Positions 28,546 to 40,500 of a stretch of 64,000 nucleotides of DNA are shown here, in pieces. Source of the stretch: Balanoglossus misakiensis (lineage: Eukaryota > Animalia > Hemichordata). The stretch is from the NCBI GenBank assembly GCA_040954595.2, contig CM082581.2, positions 5,696,699 through 5,760,698 on the forward strand. Reading direction: 5' to 3'. The notes under the pieces are model-generated. The model did not search any database, was not told the DNA's origin, and was given only the letters and a program-made list of their open reading frames with translations. Numbering within the stretch: the first letter of the stretch is position 1; every line of letters starts with the position of its first letter. Made by a program: the position numbers and the translations under genes.

Positions 28546-31500
28546 ATGGCCACGAAAAATCTCCCCTCGGCAGATACGTTACACAGCTGGTCGGTAAACG
28601 ACGTACAGGACTGGTTAAAATTGGTGAGTGTTGAAGTTTGTGTATTTGTACACAACTGGCGAGAACTTTGCCACTTGTGAAACGCAACGCCGTCTACCTT
28701 GTATTAAAAGTTTCGGGAACAGTAACCGTGGTTGAATGAATCAATATTTCTGATGGAATATGTTCCCATGGAGAAGGGAAGTTTGGCGATTCGTCGTTTC
28801 AACAATATCCCAGTGACAACACGCCTAAAACATTGTCGTGACGACTTCATCGCATCACGATTCTCTGGAAAGTGGAACACGATAATTTGAAGTTTCATTA
28901 CATGTCACTGACTATAGTGTAATTTTTCTCTCTGATGATGATGTCAGTCTACGAACAGATCAGATTATCAAAACGTCAAGGCTGGTACTATACAACAGCG
29001 TCGCACTGAATTCATTCCACGAACCACAGAGTCCAAAACCGGTGTTCTCATTCAAAATTTGTATGGACTTCCGGGTTGTTGTCTGTTGTGAAATACATGT
29101 AGTTTCATGTAACTGTCATAGCTGTGGTACGCAACTGTACCGTTGGGGGGGGGGGGGGCTGATTAATCATCCCCCCAAACGGTACAGCTGCGTACCACAG
29201 CTAGTAACTGTCAGTACAAGTGTTACCTCCTATTTCTGTAGTTTTATATCCACAGTAAAGGCTAAATTTTCAATCGAAGTTTTCTTCCAATTGGTTTTCC
29301 AAGATACTGTGTGACTATTGTTTGAATAGATAGATTTGCAGTTTAAAATAGTCACATAGCCTAAACATGATATTAAAATAGTAGGGGCGTCTACGCACCG
29401 TGGTGTAGTGCACTGCCAGTCAGTTGATAACGATTTTTCCAGGTCCCATTCAGCTTAGGGAAATTGCAGTCCCAGTGGTTACTACCTTAACACATGATCT
29501 TTTATAACATTTTTGATATATCATATGATATCTAGGTAAATTTCTCTTGGTAATAAACTGTATCATAACAAAAGGCAAAAAGTTACACTAATAACTCACT
29601 TAGAAACTCAATCATTATATTTCTGTAATAAAATGTACAAAAATATGATTAAAATTTAACATTTGAAATGTACATTATTCTGCTATTATGTACTCTTTAT
29701 TGGATGTAAGCACTTCAAATATTTTCATTTCAGGGAGAGGGAAGTTTGAGCAGAAAAAAAAAACCATTAACCTTCTGAGGGATTTTTGATAGCAGGTTGG
29801 CTAATTTGTGTAACAATGCTAGCAAGTGATATGTTAATCTGTTGCTATTACTTTCCAAAACTTTAATGGTATAGAGGCCACTGCTCGTAAGTTTAAACTG
29901 CTCTGGTGAGAACTCTTGAAGCCTGTTTTATTTCTTTAACTTTCTTAAAGATGACCATCCAAGATGGTCTGTTATGAGGGCAATATTTTTTCATTATTCG
30001 TCGATGTGTATGTACATTGAACCCCTGTAATTGTTCACTCCACTAGAAAAAAAAACTCAACTGGCAGACATACTGTCAACATATGAAATTGCTGGGATAC
30101 CATATATTTGTGATGATTGGATCACTCAGGGTATTATCTTGTTGCCGAATTTTTGTCAATATATTCACAAAAGAATTCATCCTATTACATCTTGCTTGTC
30201 TTTCAGAATAGCTGCATGTAATGATTTTTTTTTCTGTTTGTCTTCCAGAATGGCTATAATGAATTTGTTCTACCATTCCGTGGCCATAAATTTGATGGCA
30301 GGAAACTGCTTGTAAGTATTTTACCCTGAATAAATACTGTAAAACACTTTATTTTCGCAAGCAATAAATTTTCGCGAAATACGCAGGAGCCAAAAAAGCG
30401 TGAAAGTAAAAAGTTGCGTAATTTTTTTTAAAGATAACGATGCAGTGAATGAAATAAGAGAACGTGAAAATTAATACTCGTGATTGAAACAGTGGCCTCT
30501 CTCGGTATCGCGAAAATTTCAACTCGCGAAAATAAAGTGTTTTACAGTAGTTCGTATATACAGATGACCAATTAGCTTATTCACAAATATGGAAGATTAG
30601 TTGAACAGATCAAAGTTTTGTTTGGTTCTTATGTGACCCTATGTTTTTCTGGTATTGTTGTTATGGATCTCAGTTGGACAACGGGATCTGGGTGATCCCG
30701 GAATGTGTTGCTCATGAGAACCAGTTGAAGGACAGGCCAGGCTGATCATCGGGTTAACCCTTTGAACTAAATGTCAAAATGTTAACGCAACATTTTCTCT
30801 CTTCTATGCATTTTCTTCTCATTTTTCCCCTTAATTTTGGACCAAGTGGATAAAATTATGCAAAAACACTGAATGTCTCTGTTCTTGGAACCACATACAT
30901 GTATATTATATGTGAGCTTTCCAGAAAGCAATGTTTGTTTCATAAATTTTCTTTTTTTCCTGTATATATTTATGTACATGTGAATATTTGCATACTTCCA
31001 GATGCTTTCAGAGCAAGCCTTGAATGGAATGAATCATGATTTTCCAGAAAAGAAGCGGAAGTAAGTCACATAATAAAATTTAATAAATCCTTGACAGATG
31101 TTCTCACTACAAGTACCTTACTCAAGTTACTGTGCCATATTTTTCCCTATGGAAATTATTAATTATTATCCATTGTCTTCAGGCCTTGATAAAAATTGTA
31201 GAAAATAATATGGTAAGATTAATTTTACGAAATCTGAAGTGAGGATTATGCATAATGCACACGTTTCTATTATACCGGTACTCCCCCAATCACACATAGA
31301 GACGTAAAACATAATTGTAGTCACATCCAGAGATTTCATGGAAAGGCCTTGAATTGACCGCTCTGTCACTTGAATTATGGCAGAGTTCCGGGATGCCAAA
31401 AGTAATGACTATTAAATTACAACTTGCCTTTATAAGGAAACCAGTGTCATCTTTTTGATATCTGGTTCCTGGAATCAACATAAAGTTTCTGTTGCACTTA

Positions 31501-34500
31501 ACAAGGAAGGACAATTCTCGAATGCTGTGGTTTTGTCTGATTTCATTTGAACATGGAAGTAATATTTAGTGGAATTTTGACATGGAAGTTGTAGTTGGGC
31601 TGTTCCAATAAAAAAAACCAGGAAAAGCGTTGAGTACCTGATATACAACGCAAATCATTCTGACACCAATTAACTGTCTGTACAATTTTTTTTCAATAGA
31701 TCCATGATCAAACAAGTGGAGAAGGTTAGGGGGAGGAAAGCACTGTTAAAAAAACTAGAGTAAGTAAAATTTCCTGTTTTTTCTCCAACAAATGAATGAT
31801 CATGATTTCTATAGTGTGTCGCACTGTGGCCATGGCATTTGTGAATTTTCAGATTTTGCTGCAGTAAAAGCCTCTCTATGACTTTCGAAGTAAATGGTAA
31901 TACATTATATTGGTATTTCTATAGTCAGTTGTTGCATGAATTAAAACTTTGATGAATGATTTGGTAATTGCAAGAGAAACGTGTTTGATAACTTAATTGC
32001 TTTTTATTGTCAGATCTTATAACAAGAAGACAGAACCAGCCCCAGCCCCAGCGCCAACACCCAGAGATTACCATGATGAAGACGATGGTAATTTAAATTT
32101 CTTTAATGCTCGACGTCATTTTCTCAAATTCCAAGCCAGAAGCAGTCTAATGTTGGAGACTTTTCAGAGTTACTGCCATCTTATAAATGCGTGCAGGTGT
32201 ATATAAGTATCTATGCATGCTGAATTTGAAAAAAAAAACATGAAACATATCAACAGACTATCTTTGCTAGATGAGTAGTTTAGATAATTTTATGCATTAA
32301 AATTTTTCAAAAAAGATCTTCATCCACAGTATTACAAATTCTAACATGTGGTTGCTCTCTGAACAAGTGTTTTGAGCATGCACATATCAGTGGTCGGTTA
32401 GAAATGAAAATGTATCATGATTTGTTTCTAACACAGATGTTGGATGGGGTTCTGACTTTGATGATGATAAGGTAAATACCATTTTATTCTGAGCTTAGAC
32501 TTATGTTGAGTAAATTACTGCTTCACAAGGTTTTTGGTACTAGTGAATGTATATGTAGACCTGGACAGTGATTCAGTGTCATATATGAAGCAATAAGAAT
32601 TGAATTATCTGAATCCAGTGAGAAAGTTGATACATTCTTTATAGTTATATGATATGGCGAAGTTTTGGTATTTTTATAGTAGTCTAGTGTATGTGTGCTT
32701 GGAACTGTAGGCATTTATGAGAGAAAGAGAATGCAACACTGTACACAGGTCCTTTTGTTATGGCATTGTTTGAGAATGTCACAACAAGGGCATTTATTGA
32801 AGAAATTCGACTGTATTTATATCATCTGATATTTTATGTTAAAGTCTGAAAACGTTTGTACATCTAAAAGTACCGGTATCTTCAATTTGTATTCAGTTTT
32901 AGTTTTTATAGTGGCATTGATGAAATATCTCCGACTGTTCAGGAAATCTCTAGGGAACAGCGCCATCGGCGACCAACTTGGTAATGCTTCCTTTTTGTGA
33001 TGGCTTGACAACGTGTAATAACAGGGCCATTTCAAGAATCGATAATTTGATGGAGGGATAATTATTGCTCCAATTTCTTTATGTGTATGTACTCATTACA
33101 TCATTTTGATGTGTATTCCAAATTATTTCTTTGACAGGATGAAGAAGACGAGTTTGATGAAGATGAACAACCAGATTATGATCTACCTCCAGATGTGAGT
33201 GCACAATAACCTTAAATCATCCCAACCTATTACCTTGTCACTGCTTCCTCTGCAATCTCAGCCTCATCATTTTGCTACTCTGCACATTTAATTACACTTT
33301 GGTGCATACCCCCACTTCAGTGACGATTGAGTTACTTTGTCTTTTTCGTATACACGTTTCACTGTGTACAGCATTACTGATTGGTGTGTTTCATCTTCTG
33401 TTGCCATCTTTCAGCAAGAGGAGCTGGACCTTCCAGAGTACGTAGACCCTACAGGTATGTCGGTGACAACTGTCATGTAGAATGATTTGTAAGAATTTGA
33501 ACTCTTGCAGTTTTGGTATGGGCACTCATGAGTTGCACATACACACACATGCACGCACACACGCATGCACATATGCACAAACTAGTATACACACATTCCT
33601 TCTCCCTATTCTCTCCATGGTACGACTGCCAAGGATCAGATCAACAGAGGAGCCCAAGTTACTCCTGACTTCGGGCTATTTTCTCAGTGTTTAATATTGT
33701 TTTAACCCTTTCACCACCATGGTTTGTTCCACAGCCATTATTTTCTGTGACAAAATTGGACCTCCGAATGGGGATGAAAGGGTTAAAGGGATATATGGTG
33801 GTGACCAGATAAAGGCCAATAAACCACTGACATCTTTCTTTTTTTTATAATGAATTTCTCTGTGTACGTTTTATTTGATATAGAAACAGCTGAAGCCGTA
33901 ACTGAGGAATATTACGAAGATCCTGTGGAAACTCGTAAGTTGAATTTCTCTAAAAATGTTTACACAGTGAACGTTTCCAAAGCATTTATACAATGTACAA
34001 GGTTTGGTTTACACCATGATTAGTAATTTTGGCACGTTGAATCAACCGATATGTTCACAGCAGCCACAACTACTAAATCAACAGCAATAATAGATGAAGA
34101 GTATTACGACGACCCTGATGATTCTTGTAAGTAGAGTTACTTTCGTGGATTTTGGGATAAGAGGCGTTCCTGTCGGCAACTCTAATGCATATAAATCAAA
34201 CAGTGTATTTAAAACTCACACAAACATGCATATAAAAAGCCCAATTTATTTTTTAGTTTGCAATTAGTATTTTGATTTAATTAATGGAAAACAAACGACT
34301 AACATTGTAAATGGTAATCGTCAACAAGAACTAATGCAACAAAACTAACCCTTTGATCACTGCTAGCTGTGCTATCCAGAAGAAAACTTCTGAATGATGT
34401 TATGTGTCACCAGGGGATCAGGTTGCTTTACCTCTTCCTCCACCGTAGTTTGGTCCAAATGCATTGTTTTCTATGGTAAAGTTGGAACTCTACATGGGGA

Positions 34501-37500
34501 AATGGGGGCGAGGAGGTCTGAATTTTATCTACTTAACCCCTTCACCCCATTCCTCTATGTATAGGTCCAAATTTATCATAGGAAACAATAGATTTGGAGC
34601 AAACCATGGTGGCCAAAGTGTTAATGAGAGAGACTGTAGTTGTAACTTTTGACATAAAATGTGGAAATACTCGTCATTGCCATGGGGAAGTTTTAGGCTG
34701 TCCAATGTGACCTCTGTTGACCTGAACATACCATTATGAAACGGGGTGGCCAACCGTAAGTAGGGTAGAAGCAATGTGTGCTGCCGTGAAGACATATGAA
34801 ACCGTGTTCAGTGGGTCCTGGGAGCTCCAAAATCATTTGCCAAGCAGTGCACATCGTCGCACGGTCGGCCACCCCATTTTGTAATGGTATGTTCAGGTCA
34901 GATTGTATACCACTACTTCACCTGATCTGAAAATGCTACTAAAATAACAGATGACAAACTAAAAAAAATGTTGAAAAAAAATAGAAGTTACAACTACTGT
35001 CCCTTTGAAAATGCGTGTAATATTATAATCTAAACTCAAAGTGCACATAGCATGTTGGTACAGCTAAGAATGCTTAATGTACTCTTAACACATAAATTGT
35101 TTGTGTCTGAGTTTGGAAACAACTTCACTGTTTCATTGTCTGGTCTGTCAGATCATTCCAATGAGATAAACATGTGAAAATCTTACTTAAAACCAAATGG
35201 AAAGATGTGTTACTATCTGAAAAAGAGAGGAATTCAGATGAAGAAAACAAAATTTGACAGCAGGAAACCATACATAAGTCACATTGCTCTGAAGTTTTGT
35301 CTCTAAAAGCCATCTGCCTCGATCACAATCACTCCCTATCAAATGGGTGGCCATCGCTACAGAAATGTGTCTGTCTGTTTGGGTTTCAATCCCTATCGCA
35401 GAGTCTTGCCATTTCCACTGATTGTTTGCAAATTCCACTTTCCACTTCCTGACAAACACTTCCCCCTTACTCTTGTCAAAAAAAAAAACAGGACAGAGCT
35501 ACACCAGCATGTAAATTGGCTGTTTTTATACACATTGGAATTAAAATCAATAGCTACCAGATAGAAATTTAGAAGAAAAATTGCAAAAAACTCAGCACAA
35601 ATAAACTAAATACTGCAAAAATAGTAGTCCATTTCTCTTGATGCTGTCTGGAAAATTTACCTTCTCACCTACGGAAATATCACAGGTACATAATATGTGA
35701 GTTCCCTCCACTGCTAGAAACACATTGTAACCTTTGCCCAAATTTGTGATGTGTAGTAGGCATCGTTGTGTTGTAATAGGCTACAACATGCCTTTCTGTT
35801 GGTCAGTCTCATGTTTCACCACTAAGACCGACCAATCACATTGCGCGTTGCGTATGAGGAAGTGGTTTCCCCCCAACTCCAAACTCAACAGCAATCAAAA
35901 TTCCAAACTTCTACGTTATCTGATTTAGTTATGCAAACGATATGCAGTGTTTCACTTCTTTAAAAAAAAGGTCTGGTCTAGTTTTTTCGCCACTACCTGT
36001 CTGGTGTTGTGTAGTAATTCAATCATTGTTTTTTGGTTTGGTTTAATTCAGCGCCGCAAAATATGCCAAGACTACCGCCCAGACTGCCTCAGGTTAGTTC
36101 AACTTTTGACTCAAATGGTTAAATTTTCTCCTATTGACATGTGTGTTGATAACAGATTATATTTGATTGCTGTGCTCAACATGCTTGTTGCCTGCCTTTT
36201 ATCTCATGCTATAAACACTGCAGCCGACAGATATGATCTTTTAAAACAAACAAAACAATTTGATTATTCTCCATACAGGGACATCTCACCCCGTTCAACG
36301 GTGTTAATGCAAGGTGAGTTTACTGATAACTATGCCTTGTTCATCAGATTAAGGAAGTAGCTCCTGTCTTCCTGTGGCTTGTTGATTATTAATTTTATAT
36401 AAAACAGTGTTGTTCCTCCTGCAGACTTTTCACAGTGTTACCTGGTAGATATTATTAGTCTTCTAGTAGTGAAACATTCTTTCTTTTCTGTTGCTTCTGT
36501 GGTAAAATTTCAGCATGCAAAAATCAAACTTTTGTGAATATAAGGTGGATTCACATGAAAAGAAAAAATCTTCATTTACAACAGTATGATATTTCAGGTG
36601 TGTAATGAACATGTGTAAGTTTTTAATGGAACAGGAAGTTCTGTATTTTCATTATTGGAAACCACTGTTAGTAGCTTTATTGTTTTTTTGTTCCCTGCAA
36701 ATGTCAACAGCAAAACTAGCTTAGACAAGGTGGCACTGGTAAATCAGTTTTCTTGTCTGGATAACCTGTTCTCGTATTCCTGTACAGAACTCCGCCTTTG
36801 CCAACAAGACCCAACCAGGCCGCAGTGCCACCAAGGCAGCTGAAAACCAATTACCCGAAAACAGTGCCAATCAAACAGCCGCCTCTTCCCAGCAAACCAG
36901 AACCAGCGGCGCCGCCCCGACCAGAAAAGCCATCACACATGGTTCGAAAACCACCGCCACCACCACAGGAAGTAAGTTGCAATTTATCGATTGTTGCAAA
37001 AATGACGTAACAAGATTTCTTCCCTAAACATAAATGGAAATCAGTGCACATGCAATAAAATGTACTTTTCGTAAGTTTTGTTAGGAGCCTGTAGTTAGCC
37101 AAAATGGCTATACAGGGAAATGAGATGAACATTGTTGAATGAGCATATTACTAGTAACAAGAAACTGTAGTTGCACACATAACAAAGCTTGTCGAAAAAA
37201 GAAAATCTCAATACTTGCTTCCTGCCACTGTCATACAACTAACACTCAAACTGTCCCCGCCCAAATTGTAAATCTTGCAACCTCTACATAACAAACGACG
37301 TGCTTCTCTCCTAGACCGAAGAAACGTACGAAGTACCAGAAGAAGGGGAAACCTACGAAGTTCCCCTGGATCAAGAACAGGGGTATATTCAAGATGAATT
37401 ATACGAAGTTCCCAACGCAGGAGATGATGATGCAGGTGATGGTGACGGTGAGACATGAAGTCTGCTGGTAGCTTATCTCCTTAGATTAGTACCCTTGCAG

Positions 37501-40500
37501 ATGGGTGTGTCTCACCTCCAAGTTGAAATTTAATTCACTTCATTTGATGTATACCAGTGAATCTGAACAAGTTAAAAAGTTAGCCATAGTCACTATCTCA
37601 GCGTAAAGAGGTAGTGGTTGCAATGATGCATGTGATTTTTGTGAGTTAAGTTCTGTAGTATTTTTTCACTATGACTTTCAATAGTTGTTTAATAAGATCA
37701 ATCCTTTTTCCCGCTTTCAGATTCTGATTATGAGGAACCAGACGAACCTGAAAATGATGAACTTTATGAAGTGCCTGATGGTAAAAAAAAACACAACAAA
37801 AATTCCAGCAGTCATTTAAATATTACTATAATTGTTCCTGTCGCTTTGCGTCTCTGCTTTTCTACGGCACAAAAACACATTCCATATCACAGTGCTTATG
37901 CCGCAAAATGTATGTCCTGCTCAGCCAGTAACATAGCGTAACCTTTTTTGGAAGAAAACCCTGAATGACATCATAGGTCACCAGGGGGGTCATGGTGTAA
38001 AGGTCAACTGTTAAAACATTGAATATCTGTCAAGGTTGTGTATGTCATTCCCTGTTGAAAAATGTGTTAAGAGGTTCTGTACTTAGTGACACCTCTATTT
38101 TTTTTTAAACTGCACATATTTCAAATAACCTTTTTTTCTTTTACGTAGCCTTATATAAAGTTTTCTAATCCTGATACAGTGTCTCTGTATTTTCTAACCT
38201 AACTTCATACTTTAATATGTAACATGACAGATATTTTACAAGCATTGTGATACTTAACGTTTGGTGTAAGATTGTACTCTGTTCTGTATCTTATTCTTTT
38301 TTGTATCTTATTCTAATAAATTTATTTACTAACCATCTCTTACAAAAATATTCTGTAGATACCTATAGCTATCTGTAGGTCAACTATAGGTAGCTATAGG
38401 TCCTACTGTATATAAATTTATAGGTTTACTTACAGACATTGCACATCAAGTGGCACTTTTTAAAGAATTTGAACACATCTAAAAGGGGCTTTCTCAAGTA
38501 AAACTTTTATTGTAATTAAATTAATTAGTTATGATAAACTGGCTCTGAATTTGACAAGTCAGGAGAGAAAATGGGAATGATGCTTTGACAACTCACCCAA
38601 TTGTTAGAGGTGTCTATAGCTGTCATTTTTTAAATACCTCATGAATTTGTAATGAATGATTGTACATGCACTGAACGTGTGATTTCACATGGCAACATGT
38701 CACGCACTGTACCAGTGTTGAAGAAGGTCATAGCGGTCAATGGAATAATCGTTTCCGTACGTTATGTGAGTAACCTTTTTTGTCATAGTGTCCTGAGTAT
38801 TGGCAGTATGTAAAATCTAACTTTTCAAAATTTGACAGTCAACTTTCATATCATTATGTACATATATTCATTTCAATACTTCTGCCTCCAATTCTTAACT
38901 CAAATATTTTTATCTACGTTGGTCACATATTCTTTTCTCTATGTACTTGCATTTTCCAAGAAATGTGCAAATTTATTCCAAAAAACCCCAACAGAATATT
39001 TTGATTGCTAAGCCTTTCTTCACAGTGGTACAGTATTGTTAAAGTTTCATCAACTTAGTAGACACGTGTGTGACTGTTTTTACCCAGTAAGTAGAGTCGA
39101 GAGTCAAAAACACACTACTTTGACCCCAAACAGCAGCTAAGAAAATGAATCGTCATCAAGTTATAACAATTCCAATGTTTTCTGTATCTGCAGAGAATGA
39201 GCCCCCCAAGACGCCGGGTAATCGTCCTCCAATGCCCCTCCCATCTCCAAGTCGGCCACTTCCCACTCCAGTTCATCATCAACCCCAGCCGCAGGCAGTT
39301 CCGCCGCGAGACCCAGGAAGGTCGGTGCCATGGCAACAGGAAAAGGCGTTGCCGTCGCAAGTCACGCCATCTTGGGCGCAGAGCACACCGTCATCCATGC
39401 CACCTTTGCCCGGCAGGGGGCCCAAAGTGCCGAAACCCGCTTTGCCCACGCCGGCCGAAAACAACAAGGGGAGTCCTGCAGCGTCAACGCCGCCACGTTG
39501 GAAGAGCAATCCGACGGGCGGTATAATAAACACAGCCAAACCTGCCATACCAACCTGGAAGAATTCAACTGATAGTACCGCACAGCCCCACATTCCATCG
39601 TGGAAAAGACCACAAACAACTGAAACGGAGCCACAAGTTCCTTCGTGGAAAAAAACGCAAAACACAGACACGACTCCACAAGTACCAGCATGGAAAAAAA
39701 CGCAAAACGCTGCAACGACATCACAAGTACCAGCATGGAAAAAGACACAAACCACTGAAACGGAACCACAAGTTCCTTCATGGAAAAGAACACAGCCAAC
39801 TGAAACTGATTCTCCTTCGGCTAAAAATATTTCTCCACAAAAATCTCCCGTGGGAGCAACAAAGTGGGAGCCACCGGCAAAAGAAGACGAGGACACGAAA
39901 GGCCACAGTGGTGGAATCGCTCAGTTAAGGAAAATGTTCGATCAGGGCAAAACACCGCTGATGGGCTCCAAGCCACCTATCGGTCATCCAAAGCCCACTG
40001 TCAGTCCGCACGCGAGTGGCGATGGACAAGCCGGGAAACCACCCTCTCTGCCGGCTGATAAATTCCGAAGCCCTGGAAGCAGCGCCGATGGCACCGCGTT
40101 GAGACAGTCGCTTCCGGACAGCGCCCAGCCGCCTCCGTTGCCTCCGGGAAGACCGGAAAAACACCGAACTTCAGGAGGCAGCAGCGGCGACGGAATCACG
40201 TCACGACCGCTGCCCGTTCCGTCACTGTCCCCGTCGTTACCGCCCGGAAGACCTGTGGAGAAACACAGAAGTCCCGGAAACAGCGCCGACGGCATTGCCT
40301 CCAGACCGCCGCCGTCTATTCCAGATACTTCCCAGTTGCCTCCAGCAAGGCCACCGAAAGTCCAGGCTGATGTATCCAGCCACAGCAATGTGCCAAGCTA
40401 TCTCGGTATTAAAAAAGTTTTATTTGCATGTATAGTTCAATCTTGTGTGATAACATTATGTCAACTGTCATAACAGTTTCTTGGGGGTAGTACTAAGTAA

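Noticed and set aside
35149-35270. Candidate extra acidic exon after tctgtcag
   Set aside because: In the required phase it hits TGA after seven codons.
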